64,000 nt of DNA, taken from Blasia pusilla. Lineage: Eukaryota. The stretch spans positions 8,866,001 to 8,930,000 of the forward strand of contig CM114271.1 of the NCBI GenBank assembly GCA_050084515.1, read 5' to 3'. Below the pieces are notes generated by a model that had not been told where the DNA came from, ran no database searches, and saw nothing but the letters and a program-made list of their open reading frames with translations. Shown in pieces: positions 26,601 through 40,100 of the stretch. Every line of letters starts with the position of its first letter. The stretch's first letter is position 1. Both the position numbers and the translations under genes were made by a program.

Positions 26601-28249
26601 GAAAGTTAGCATGTTTTCTATCACATATTTTAGGAAAGATCGACAAGATTGGTAGATCTTCTTCAAGCATAGTGGAGGACAGCCTCTAGAGGTCGAGGAT
26701 GACCTATTGAGGCCATGGGTAGCCTGAGAGAGCATGTTTCCTATTTATTTCGGCTCATTTGGATCCATATAGAGAAATTTACTATTTTAGGTAAGTTAAT
26801 CTTATGAGTATAGTTGACTTTCCACTTTGGTAAGTGGCCTTGACCTCCTACAGCAAGTCAAGAGCCAAGGAGGTGACCGTGAGAGAGAGAGAGAGATCCT
26901 TGATTTATTGGAGATATTTTGACACTTGATCGTCTCAATGTTTGGATGCCATGAGTTTGCATGGGATCATGTATGTATTTGGTGACAACAATGCATGTTG
27001 TGTAGTGACGTGTATATGCACAATATCCTCCATAGGCATATCCATCATCCTCATGGACAAACCCAACTCCTCGTCTCCCTACAGACCACCTCACGCACGA
27101 TTCTTAGGCCCAGTGAGACTTCCAACTCGCTTTGGTGCCTCTTTGGCCCGTGGTTTGGACATAGCTCATAGTATAGGCTAAAGCATCTAGTAAACGTATG
27201 ATTTTTGACAATGGTCAGACTAGAACATTCCATTTATGGGCCCATCTACTCCTCCAAGATACGGCATGCGTCCATTATCTTGACGGGTGCAATCCTATTG
27301 TTGATCCTCTAGGTGTTGAATTTATATCTTATAGCCAACCACACCAACTGGAGATTCCAATAGCCTAGGTGATCTCTCAACAACGAAGTAGGAAAGCTTG
27401 ATCTTGGATAGTTTTTTAAGCACAATTATCTTAACTAGGTTTAGTTAACCACAATTAATATAACTCGAGACTATGGTTAGGATTAGGATTAGGTTCGCTT
27501 GTACATACCTTATAGAATTGAGAAGGAGACCAACCTCCACTCATTATCTCATTGCAAAATTTCATTCTCCATGATGATGGTGGTGGTGGTATGTGTGTGT
27601 GTTTTTGTGAGAACCAAATCCCATCAATTGTGCTTGTTTAGCAGTTTTCTACATTGTATTAGAGCATCAATAGGAGAACATCAATTGAAATTCTTAATGT
27701 TTGAAGAGAAAAGAGAGATGAGAAAAGGCAAAATTTGAGTTTGGTAAAATTTCAGTCAAAGCTCAATGGTAGAGTTGTGATAGTGAGAAAAATTTTGAGG
27801 CATTTTTTACAACTTTCACGATCGATTCAACAATCTAGATCTGCATCAGTCAGAATGACGGCAAAAGCAGGTTTTAAACTTCCTATGGAGCGCGTCAAGG
27901 TCTTTCTAACACATCAAAAATCATTCGATTGTGATATTCTTAGCTCTTGCAATAATAGTTTCAAGATAGGAAAGTGTATTTAGTGAAGGAAATTTTTATA
28001 GTTTACTCTCTACAGGCCAATTTTGATTAGTTCTTCCATAAAGTTCGACAATTCTGAAAAATTTCATATCAATTTCTGTATAGGAGTCGTCTATGCTTCA
28101 ATTGGAGCAATGGAGAGTTTAAAATTATGATTAGTGAGTAAAATGGTTATTGATGGAGTATTCCTCAACAACAATCATAAGCGAGAAGATAAGAAGATTT
28201 GTAATTTTGAAAGTTTTGCATGCTATAATTTCTCATGGGTTGAAAACTA

Positions 28250-29322
28250 TGGGAGCTTGTTACAAGTGAGATTGTATGAGGATGAGTGCTTGGCTGTAGT
28301 GTGGATTATTGCATATTTCAAGAGTTGATTATTCCAAAATCCTTTTACCATCAGCACTGATCATCAACCACTTAAATGATTGATGGAAATGGATAACTTA
28401 CAAGGAAGCTTGTGAGGTGGTGAGTATGATTTCCAAGTGGTACATTGACCTAGGACCCTCAACCCAGATGCAGATGAGTTGAGTCGTAACCCATGTCCGA
28501 GTTAGCTAGATGCAACTTGAGCTCGTTGGCGTTGAGATAGTGATGAGGAGTTGGAGCCTGGATGGCACATGTCAACCTATTTGGGCTTGTTGGCTATGGA
28601 GAGCCAGAGTGTTGACGGGCCTTTGATGGTGAGGTCTAAAGGAGAGTCCTTAGATCGAAAGGTTGGTGAGGAGGTGACAAATAGCTAAGATATTCACGAG
28701 CATGGAGTAATCTTGAAGTACCTGTGTATTGGCAGCGTCATAGATCTTTGAGCCACATGGTTTTTGTGGAAGAGAACGTATGTATTGTGAGTTTGCGAGG
28801 ATGGTAGAGTATGTGTACTGCCTCATCCTTCACATAGAGCACGTTTGGTGTAGCACGCCCATGAGAAGTTGGTTCACTTTGGAGTGAAGCGGATGTCCAA
28901 CTTGCTCTAGATACAGTTTTGGTGGCAAGGCATGCAGACTGATGTGTAAGAGTTTGTTGCTAGGTGCATGGTGTGTAATGTGGGCATCTTTCAATGCTCC
29001 GACTCCACAGTTGTATCCATTTCCGATCATGGGTTTAGGTTATAGGTGGAGTTTGGATTTTCCATGACCTTTATCTTTGACGGAGTGCCACGATTGCTCT
29101 ATTTTGGTGATGGTCAAGAAGTTCTCGAAGTGGATAGAGTTGGTTGCATTGCCTCACAAAGCAAGTGAGGGAGTAGTATATGTCTTCCTAGATCGATTGT
29201 TGAGTCATTATGGTGCACCAGCTGAGGTGCTAATAGACCAGGGTACAGAGTTTCACGATGAGTTTCATGCCTTTTGTGATAAAGCGTTGATTCATCACCA
29301 CACAACGTCGCAAGATCATCTT
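28250..29322 (+). pseudogene. Gypsy RNase H-integrase remnant, probably from the DNMT-Gypsy family
   Basis: YEDECLAVVW, HHCC finger (HEKLVHFG...CMVC), WSLDF, FSKWIELVAL, VLIDQGTEF. Cut off by the TIR at 29323. Confidence 0.85.
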
Positions 29323-29565
29323 GAGGTGCGGTAAGAGGAGAGGAAGAGAGGAAGAGAGGAAGAGAGGAGAGAGGAGAGAGGAAAATACCTTCAACCAAAA
29401 TAGATACTTTTTTTTAAGAGAGTTTCCGTTGGGTTGAAGAGAAGAAACTTTTTGTGTGAATTTTTTTGCACTTTTTTGTTCATTTATTAAGTAGTCCCAC
29501 AATTTTTTTTTCCTCTTCCATATTTTGGCAACCCCTCTAAGTCCGACGAGTTGCAAATTGCACAA
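29323..29565 (+). repeat. Left TIR
   Basis: Near-exact reverse complement of ~40362-40596. Confidence 0.9.
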
Positions 29566-30694
29566 ACAAGAAAAGAAGCCTACAACTGGTTTGACGAATG
29601 TAGAGGAACGAGCCAAAAGTTAAGAAGCCCGCCACAATACGTCAGAAGTTGGTCTCACAAGGAAAGAGTCCTATCACTCAAGCAACCAACCTGTCAGAAT
29701 CCGACAGCTTGCCTGGAAATGGTTAAAAAGTTGCAGTGGGCAAGAAGCTTATAGTTGCAACCCGTCGGAATCATACGTGTTGCAAAATTGTAATTCTGAG
29801 AAGCTAAAAGAACACAATCCACAAGTCCAAAAAACATTTCCAGCAAACTTTTACAAACACCATTATCGGTTGAAAAAATCTCATCTTTTATTACCTCCGA
29901 AGGAACCTCGGAAATGTACTTTTGACCTAGTCTATGATTTCTTCAGCCTCGTCATCTACAAATTTACTCCTAACTCTCCTAGGTTCCTGTACAAAAGGAA
30001 TGTCCTGGGATACAAGTGGCTCCTCTGGCCGATTGTAGATGGGGATCAAAAATGTTGGCAAAATTGGAGAGCCTTGGCCCCCCCCTAGGTACACCATAAC
30101 GGTCCCATGTAACCTGATTTGAGTCCCACGGCCTTCCTCGACAGTATATCTTGTACGCTCTGCAATGTGACACCCATCCAGTATCAATATGTGCTCCGTC
30201 CTTGGTAATACCATGATGGAAATCCCACAGGTAGTAGGAATCCAACACGTCTGAGAGAAGAAAAGAAGCCTACGCCTTCTTTTACGAGTTGAGGGGAAGG
30301 TGCCAAAGTGAAGAAGCCTGCTAGAGTGCCTCTTAAGTTGGACCAATAGGGAAAGAGTCCGATCAGGAAACCTGTCAGAATCTGACAGGTTGCGTGGAAG
30401 TGGTTAAAAAGGTGCAGTGGTCAAAAAGTGAAAAGTTGCAAGCCGTGGAAATTCGACGGGTTGCAAAATAGAAGTCCGCGGAGTACATAGACGATCACAT
30501 TCGAAAAGACATAAAAGATATTCAACTAACTTTTAGAAACACCACCATCGTTTGAAAAAATCTTCTCCTTTATTACATCCGAAAGAAGCTCGGAACTGTA
30601 CATTTGATCTATTCTATGAAATCTTTTGCCTCATCATCAAATAATTCCCTACTCCAAACGCTGCAGTCAAGCTGAATCCTTGAGTTCTTTGAAC

Positions 30695-33600
30695 TCACTC
30701 GTCATCGTCCGAGAGCTCTTGCAAAATTACTTTCGGCCTTGCCCTCCCGATTTTCGGAATCGTTGGAAGTGACGATGGTGTCACTACCAATGGTGGGTCT
30801 GGAAACAGAGCTCTCGGCTTCGGTGGAGACTTGTATGCCCCAACGAGCCTGTCGTAATCTGCCTTTGCCTCCTTGCAAAGGTCAAACAGTTCCCGCCTTC
30901 CCTCGAGGCAGAGAATGTTCATGCCACTCTGCCAAGCGCCTTTGATACTTGCCCCTGAAAGGCCCACTAAGTCGAACACCAAGTCACCCGGCCTTGAGCA
31001 GAGCTTCGATGAGCGTTTGCATCAGGGCTGGCAACTTTTCCCTTCCTCCAAGAAGTGGGGTACCGTCTTGCATGTAAATTCCCGGGGGAGGGGGAATTGT
31101 ATAAACTATCTAAGCTGTACCCATCTAAGCATGGATCCACAGGATCCTGGATCTTGAACACCTGGAAGTTGTGCTCGGGCCGAGCGAAGCAGTAAACATA
31201 GGAGTGGTCCATCTGTAAAGAAGCACGTTGGAAACAATGTCAGCAACTTGGCATAATATGCAACACATCACCAAAGAACTTCGCTTGACCCTAGAGAACT
31301 TCTTTTAAATACTAACATTGGAGCAACCTGTCGGAGTCCGACGGGTTGTTTTTGTCCATGACCAACCCGTCGGAAGGCGACGGGTTGCTAGCTTAGAGCA
31401 GCCCATGCTTGGCTGAGAGCAACCCGTCGCTTTCCGACGGGTTGCAACTTTCCGGAAACACAAGGAAAAACCATAAGCAAGTGCAACCCATTGGGTTCCG
31501 AAGGGTTGCAGGTGGTAATGCGTTTTCCCTGTTTGCTCTCAGCCAAGCATAGGCTGCTCTAAGCCAGCAACTTGTCGCCTTCCGACGGGTTGCTCACAAA
31601 CAAAAACAACATCGGAGCTATACACTCTGGAGACAGGAATAGAGCCTTACCCGAATTTGACTCGTCGCGGATCGGAGTGGGTACTCGTTCTTGATGATCC
31701 ACGATTGCGCCGTCCTCCACTTCAGCGACCTCTTGACGCACTGGAGGTTGAAAAGCTCCTCCTCGCTCCCTCCAGTCAAAACTAAGAAGCAGCCCCTATA
31801 ACTCAGATAAGCGTGTGCAAAGGAAAACAGGAGCGCGATCTGGTCATAAGAAAGGGTAACATTCCAGTCTGGGACCTCGTCCGACGGATTCTCGTCCCAC
31901 AATCGCAATCAATAGATCCACTGCCAACGGATTCTCGTCAACTATCAATAGATCCACCGCCACCTCTTCGACCACTCCATTGACCGTCCAGGGAGCGTGT
32001 CCGTTTCGTTGAAGCTTCCGTCCCAACGTTGTCAATTTATCAATGGCGGGTGTCGACGCTTGAGAACTGAAACTTTTCAGCTCATCCAGTAAATTCGTGA
32101 ATTGAAGGAGGACGCTTGTCCGGGTCGTTCTTTCTCTATGTCTTCCCAAGGATGATGGACTGTATTCTCCCTGGGACAACCCTCGCGCCTCTCGCTTCCG
32201 CTTCTCCCGAGTCTGCGGTCGGCTTGTCGGGGTCTCTATGACCTCAGACTTTGGTGGGGTTTTTTTTCGCGGAGGATCTGGTCCGACCCTCTCTCCCTGC
32301 TCGCCTGGACGATTCCGGCTCTGGCCTTGAATCTTCAGCCTCTCTTTGGGAAGACTCGGCCTCGGAATTCTTCGCTCCCCTCGCCTTGCCTTTGAGACCC
32401 GCTGTGGATTTGTCTTTGGCTGTGTGGACCTTGGAAGCCAACTCCGCTGTCTCGAGGGCTTGCTCTTCCGCATCTCCTTCGAAAAAGTCTTCAGGCTGCA
32501 CAAAATTGGGGATGTCGTCCCGTCCTGCGGCCACTACATCATGAAGCACGCATAAATCTTTCTCGGTAATGTCCTCAGGGTCGTCGAAGTCCAGCCAAAT
32601 CGGGCAATTCTCCACCTCCCAATCGGACATGCACTGAGCCATCTCCGTGTCGTACATGGAGAATGTCTCTCCATCAAGCAGAGAAGCCCACAATTTGCAC
32701 GCTGCCGATATTTTTCCCTAGGTACCTGCATTCTTACAATGGACGAGGTACTTGAACACCATCCGTTGTGCAGCTCTAAGTTGAACTGAATCGGCCGCCT
32801 GCTCCTGAAGATCTCGCTTCTTCTTTGCGAGATCCCTTTTGTTCCCCTTGATTTCTTCGTCAAGGTTTGCCTGAGGGAGGACGCAATCCTTCAACATCGT
32901 CTTGAAACTTGGGTTTTTGATGGGCTTGTCCCGGATGTCATCGAGCCAAAGTTCAAAATCTACATCACTTTCCAGGTTTGCTTCATCCGGAATGGGCTCT
33001 ATTCTTATGAGCTCTGCTTGGAGACCGTCCAGCATGGACTTCCCGATAAGCCGCAACGCGTCCCAGAACGACCATTCGCGGAGCCAGTGGGAGATCACTG
33101 GATCACAGACACCCGGAGGATGGTGTGCCACCCTCTTCTGGGCCTCTGTGCCCTCGAGACTGATTTTCATCCGTCGGATTCTCCTTAATTCGCTTATTCC
33201 AGACAAAGCAAATCGATGCACGCGATCGAGAGACACTTTCTCCCCAATCCGACCTTGCGGATCTTCATCCCTTTTCTGCTGGCGCTTGATAATCGCCTTG
33301 AGCTCCTTGTAAAACTCCGGACCAAGTTCGGGGTTGAGAATGGCGATGCGGCGCATCTTGCTTGCCGTGTACCGTGAGCTACGACATCTGCGGCTTGGAT
33401 GAATTTTGCGCGCTCAGACACAAATACTTTCTCCCTCCGCTCCAGCTCCAATGCAGCGCTCTTCTTCGCGGCCTGTATCTTCGACCAGTAAAGGATTGTG
33501 ACGGCTGCATCTTGGGAAATAAACTTATTTGCCCAAGTCTTCTTTTTTATTTGTGCACCCTTTGCCAAAGATCATCGATTTACGGGCGTCGCCAAGAACC

Positions 33601-35707
33601 CTTGTACTGCTTCGGGTGCGCCCTAAGCACCTTCTTCACCCAATCGCAATCCTGGATCCAGTGGTGGGTGACATTCCCCTCCGATACAATCCTGCACATC
33701 CAAACTCAATATAAGAAAATTTGTAAGGTACATGGGTTCCTGCAACCCGTCGGACTCCGACAGGTCGTCATAGCTCAAGGTTGGATTCTAGCAACGAGCA
33801 AAATTATGCAACCCATCGGAGTCCAACGGATTGCATTCAGATTTGTGATTGCCTGGTTTCAACCCGTCGGACTCTGACGGGTTGTCAGATAGTCCGTATC
33901 AAAAGTGAACATAGCAACCCGTCGGAGTCCGAAAGGTTGCGCAATTGCAATGAAAGCTGCAATTTGACGCAAAAAATGTAGCTTCCAACTTCCGAATGCA
34001 ACCTGTCAGACTCCGACGAGTTGCTTTCAGCCAAAAACATCAAAAAACCTTCAAAAACAACTTCGAGTCGAGCAACCCGTCGGACTCCGACGAGTTGCTT
34101 TGGGCCAAAAACATACTAAACGTGTGGTAAGTCGAACAACTCGTCGGAGTCCGACGAGTTGCTTTCTTCAAAAAACATCCAAAAAATACGGCGAGTCGAG
34201 CAATTCGTTGGACTCCAACGAGTTGCTTTCTTCAAAATACATCCAAAGAATGCGGCCTGTCGAGGAACTTTTCGGACCTTGACGAGTTGCTTTTGACCAA
34301 AAACATACTAAACCTATGGTCAGTCGAACAACTCGTCGGACTCCGACGAGTTGCTTTCGGCCAAAGACATCCTAACCCATTCATCAATCGAGCAACTCGT
34401 CGGAGTCCGATGAGTTGCGTTTGGCCAAAAACATCCCAAAAATAGTGGCGACTCAAACAACTTGTCGGAGTCCGACGGTTTGCAGCAAGAAGAAACTTAC
34501 GTGTTCATGGCATGCATGGCCATCTCCACCGTCGCCATGTGATGAGGGTATGAATGAAGGACCACTGCCTTCACGCAAAAATGTGGCTCCAAGGAGTTGG
34601 GGCGCTCCTCTGCAAACTTTGTCCACGCCATGAACCTGTGATTTCCATCCCACATGAAGAAATGCAGATTCCTCATCCAGCTGAATTCCGTCCCCTCTAC
34701 TTACCTTCTGAATTCCTGATCTCTCATCCTCCAGAATGTGTCGAGCTTTTCCAAGTCCTCCTCCGTAACCAGCGCTTGGGTTCCATGCTCATCGTAAGGT
34801 TGAACATAGAACGGAGGGAAGCTGTTGACGTAGGATGCTGTCACCGCCGATTGTTTGAGCTCCGCAATATCCTCATCAGACTGAATTTCACGGACGTACT
34901 CCATTGTCCGCAATCAGCAGAGTGGAATTCTCGGGGCGTTGTGGCCCTCCATTAGTGCCATCTGCTTTACCACCTGTCACAACCGGGACAAGATCAGTAA
35001 GCTACACTGAATTGCCAATGAATTGCAAGATGGGCCTTCATATAATTCAAAGAACCCAGATCCTCTCTTACCCGCTCAAAGATTGGGTCGGTTTCTTGAC
35101 CGGCCAAGTGCTCTGAGACAGCAGCTGGCAAGTCCACTGGAAACTCGTCGATCTGATAGAGGTCGATTTCTTCCGCCAGGCTTGGAGACGAGGATGACCG
35201 CTCTCCTGCTTCTTCCACAATGTCCACCATCTCCACGCTGGCGGTCCTCATGACCTCATCGTCCGTGATTTGAACTTCAGCCATTTCCGCTATATTGATT
35301 GTGTCCCCGAACTTCATCGGGGACATTTCCCGCATCTCAACACTTTCGGTTGGACGGGAAGGGCTGTCGTCAATGGCTATTGCTTTTTCCCTCCTCGCTT
35401 TAGCCAATTCTGCTCTCCTCACCGACGCGTCCAGACGCTTCTTTTCTCGCTTTTTGTCGGCGACCCTTTTCTTCAAGGCCTGCGACATCTCAGCCTCTGC
35501 GTTCTGTTTATCGAGCGCCTCTTGCACACGTTTGCAAGAAGCTCCCGCTTCCCTTTCTCGCTCCTCGATTTCTTGCTGCCTTATCTCATTTGCCGAACGA
35601 GGCCCTAGAGATGGTGACGCAGGAGTCCTAATGGACTTGGGAGTGAAGCTCCCAGACTTGTTTTCTTGAGCTTTTTTCCTCGTCGTTTTTCCCAAAAATG
35701 CCTCCAC
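30695..35707 (-). pseudogene. Spliced MULE accessory gene: charged N-terminus, ParB/Srx-like domain, helical region, beta-class N6A/N4C methyltransferase-like domain
   Basis: Exons ~35707-35072, 34973-34501, 33691-31651 and 31212-30695 with GT-AG introns. ParB-like IPLC*LRTMEYVREI..DIAELKQS...PFYV...FFMWDGNHRFMAW. MTase-like VDLLIVD...PDWN...AHAYLSYRGCFLV...WIIKN...HSYVYCF...PALMQTLIEA..RPGDLVFDLVGLSGAS..AWQSGMNILCLE. Several stops and frameshifts; start uncertain. Confidence 0.7.
33998..34483. repeat. Intronic tandem array, 64-bp period, each unit containing the 27-bp palindrome
   Basis: Palindromes start at 33998, 34072, 34136, 34200, 34264, 34328, 34392 and 34457. Confidence 0.9.
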
Positions 35708-36038
35708 CTATATCCACGATGAATTGCTTGATCAGTCGCCTTGCTGATGTCGAGATGAGTCGCCTTGATGGGTAGCTCGAATCGTCTTGCGATCGTTCCG
35801 TCGAACCGTCTCGCTCTCGTTCGCTCGTATCGTCTCGCGATGACTCGCCGTATGAAGCGCCCCTTGGTATCTGATTAGGTGCTGCGCAGGAGAGCAATGG
35901 AGATCGCAAAATGAGAAACCAGAATTGAGTGATTTCTCCCCTATTTATACTTTTCTAGCCGTTGGGCTGACTATTGGGTTGCGTCATCCTTCCGACGGCG
36001 ACGTGCCGGCCGTTACGGAAGTCTGGACGTGAAAAATG

Positions 36039-36725
36039 GCAACCCGTCGGAGTCCGACAGGTTGCGCGCCTCCGCCGTCCTGGGATGATAACGCGAGGTG
36101 CGCGAGCAACCCGTCGGAGACCGACACGTTGAGCGCCTCCGCCGTCTTCGGACAAGAACGCGAGGTATCCGCGCAACCCTTCGAAGACCAATAGGTTGCG
36201 CGCCTCCGCCGTCTTCGAACAAGAACAGGAAGTACCGGCGCAACCCGTTGGAGACCGTTGGGTTGCACGCTTCCCTCGTCAAGGGTTAACAACGCCGGCT
36301 TCCCGCGCAACTCGTCGGAGGCCGACGAATTGCACGCTTCTTTTATGTAAGCGAAACAAGGCGAGGCCCTTGCGCAACCCGTCGGAGGGCGACGGGTTAC
36401 ACACCTCGCCGTCTTTGGGCAAGAAGGTGCGGCACCCGCGGAACTCGTCGGGAACAGACAGTTTGCACGCTTCCTTCATGTAAGTGTTACACCGTGAGAT
36501 AATTGGGCAACCCGTCTCATGCCGACGGGTTGCAAGCCTCCGCCATCTTCGGGCAAGAAGGAGCGGTATCCGAGCAACTCGTCGGAGAGCGACGGGTTGC
36601 CAGCTTCGATCATGTTTGCGTTTCAAGGTAAGGCAGAAGCGTGCAACCCGTCCAAAGCCGACGGGTTGCAGGCCTTGCTTAGCTTGGGTTAATAGTTGAG
36701 TTACCAGGACTCCGACGGGTTCCAA
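36039..36725. repeat. Intergenic tandem array, 67-bp period, each unit containing the 27-bp palindrome
   Basis: Palindromes start at 36039, 36106, 36173, 36240, 36307, 36374, ~36440, 36507, 36574 and 36643. Confidence 0.9.
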
Positions 36726-37139
36726 CAAAATGAAGTGTGCTTCGCAACCCACGTCTCTGCTTCCCACATCTTGTAACAGATTGCAACAGATTGAATAGGT
36801 TGCAACATAATTGAATCCATTGTGTCAGAAAATTTCACCTACTGAACTTCATCTTGTCAGTAAAATTCTGTCAGGAGTATCTGATTTCTTATTCACTATA
36901 AATTAAAAATTCTCATTCTGATTCTGATTCTCATTCTGATTCTCATTCTCACTCTCCTTCCGTACGAAATTTCCGGGAATGGATAATTATGTGAAGCTCA
37001 CTTGTGGCAGTCATCTGGTGGCCCTTCCTCAATCAAAAATCGTTCGACCGCAAGCTCTTGAGTCTTTGATAGCAGTGGATGAAAAATTTCTCTCTCTTCG
37101 ATTTCTTCTCCAAATTGGAACCATCTTTGTATCCAAGGA

Positions 37140-40100
37140 TGTTAGGATGGACGGTACGGAGGACATAATAGGTGAGACAGTCCAGCCAGTGATTGCAGAT
37201 CGTAAAGTATGGAATCTCCTACCTCTAGCAAATGGTCAATACAGAGTTTATGGCCTGCCCCCTGAATTCGTCTGTTTCCCAAGTAGACGGTCGAGAATTT
37301 CCTAGTGCTCCGAGCTCTACGTTTGCAACTCCTAGCTCAGTAGATCCGGCTTCGACTCCAACTTCACACGCTCATAACAATGTTGTTCTTCCGGAAGAGA
37401 TTCCGGATGTTATCAACCTCAGTGGATCTGTCGGACACCAACCGGGCCCTCTGTCCGCCTACTCGTTCCTCTTGCGAGTATCAGGCAATAGTTTGCTTTT
37501 GTCTCTGGCCTTGAAAATGTTCAAGCACATTCTTGTCGACAAGCTACCACCCACGTATGATGGTAATTGCATTTTTGAGTTGCCTCCACTTGCTGCTCCT
37601 GCTCAAAAGAAAGATGGAGGACGCCTCAAGGGTATGGACAGAAAGTCTGATTGTCATCGATGGTGCAGGCTTCAACGGACTAATGCTTCAATTCCAAATG
37701 GTCCTTGGATTGTCTCCCGCCGCCAATGTGTTGGAGCCTTGGAGTGTAGAAGTCCAGCATGCCTGTATCTAGAGCGCAACGTGCGAGTCAATACGTCGCA
37801 ATTCCCCCCCCAAGAATGCAGAAACTCCATACGAGGTCGATGTCACCATACCGCCAGGAGGCCATCGATGTCCTCATTGTGAGGCATCGCCCTTCAGCGT
37901 TGGAGCGTGTCCTTCATACATATTTTTCATTTCCACGACTTGGGCTCCACGTCGGAGTACACAAGGCTGGCAGTTCATGTTGGCTCCCACACCCATCCTG
38001 TGACCGATGCAATTCAGAGACACATCAAGGAGGATGTGGCGAAGAAAGTTGTCGAGGTCTACAGAAACTCTCCGGGTTCAAAGCCCAGAGTGATCAAGCT
38101 CACAACGGCATCACAAATTTGTGAAAAATTTCTTGGAATCCCTGGACAGGGCCAGATCACGACGGCCGAGGAGAAAAAACTCTAGGAAAATCTCGCCTTT
38201 CTCGCTGATCCTGAATGCTTCCGGAATTTGCTGCGTCAAATACGGGTTCTGGATGGAAAGATGGCCGAAATGGATGCCATCGCCAGAATCAAGGCCAACT
38301 CCAGATTTCCATTCATTCAGAGATGGCAGTTCATGGGCCAAGGAGGCGAGGGATCCAGGGCCTATGTCTTCAAAATTTCAACCACAGGTCCGTCGAGTGG
38401 CCTCGATCTTATAGATCGGATGAGGGAAGGGGAAGATCTTTACAGCAATTGGGTAAGCTTTGATATTTGCTATAGAGTGCTGATCGGATGGTTCACAATG
38501 GGTGCTCACGTTTATGACTATGTGGAGAAGGGACTCAAAACTATATTTGTCTGTGAAGTGAAGGCAGAAGACGTTGGCAATTTGAAGATGTGTTGGTTGC
38601 TCTTATTGGAGGTGGTGAAGGAAAACAAAAGGCCACCTCCGGAAATTTATGGGTTCATGGCGGAAAATGCACAACTTGGGTGGATTGCTATCCGGGAAGT
38701 GTTCTGGGGTGGAGAGGTTCAACCGGAGAGGGAAAGGTCGGATGCTTTCCATTGGCAAGAGTCTGTGACCCGGTACACCAAATCTTGCATCAAGGAGAAT
38801 AAGAGGACAGAGCATGTCACTCTACTCCAACGCTGCAAGGACAACAAAACTTTGAAGCAGGCCATGGAATGCCAGGAAGAACTTCATGGGTGGTGGAGGA
38901 AGCATGCAATTGAGGGGAAGTACAAAGACTTGTACTCTTGGTTGAGTTGGTGGACTGTACATATGAGACAATGGGGAAACTTCATGCGGCAGGTGAGTTC
39001 ACTATTTTGTCTTGTCAAGCTCACCTTGAGAATTTTTTGTAAAATTGCAGCTCAAGTTGAGAAGCATGGGAACTATAGGGATTTCAAACCAAAGAAACCA
39101 AGGAAGTTGTCGGATGCGAAGGGTTGCCCGAGTGTGCAACCCGCCGGAAACCGACGGGTTGCATCCAGAATTTTGGTGCAACCCGTAGACAAGTATGCAA
39201 GTCGCATGTATACAAGACCTGCAAATAGTTCGACCCGGATGGGTTTTGGATGACTTGCACTTGGATCTTCCAGAGTGACCACAAGTTCTTGCAACCCGTC
39301 TGAATCCGACGGGTTGCAGTAGGTGGGTTTAGGGTTGCAACACGTCGGTACCCGACGGGTCGCAGAGTCATTCTTGGGATTTCTCGGCCTTGCAACCCGT
39401 CTGGTTCCGACGCGTTGCAGTAGGTGGTTTTAGGTTGCAACACGTCGGGACCCAAAGGGTCGTAGGGTCGTTCATGGGATGCCTCGGCCTTGCAACCCGT
39501 CTAGTTCGGACAGGTAGCTTATTTCTTTGACTCCTGAGTTATTTTCGTTCCCTTCTAACATTACCGTCGTTGCACGGATTGAACATTCATGAAAATGCCC
39601 TCTGCCCCAACACAAGTGGAGCCGAAAGTGTTCATCCCTCCTGGAGGTTGTCACAAGCATGCCAACGAATTTCACTTGTGGAGGCATGCCAACAAGACCA
39701 GGCAAGAGCAATGCTCTGATCAAAGATCCCATATCTTCCTCAAAAAAGGCATAACAAAAGGAAGGGGGCCATCGATCTACGAGCTCTATGTCAGGGCGGA
39801 TGTGAGATCTAGAAATGGGGTGAAGAGAAACAGAATGTGTAGGCCAACGGTGGAGAGAGCAAAGCGAATTGCATCAGCTCAGGAGGCAAAAATAGAGATC
39901 ATCGCCACGAAAGATGTCATGAGTGGCAATGGAATAGGAAGGATGTATTGGGTCAGGAACAACACTGTAAATTCAAGTGTCACAGGGGTGTATGTGGTGC
40001 ACATCTGTTGCTTTCCCACATGTTCATGTGATGACTTTGTCCAAAGAGAGACAAGTGGCAAAAGGTATTTCCCTTGTAAGCACATGTACTATATGTTGCT

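Noticed and set aside
33998-36725. CRISPR-like appearance of regularly spaced palindromic repeats
   Set aside because: The spacers are homologous to each other, the repeats are degenerate, there are no cas genes, and the context is a eukaryotic transposon.
38998-39732. ORFs running through the transposase intron
   Set aside because: They are open frames through GC-rich palindrome repeats; the transposase resumes near 39576 with the NTSGAES motif.
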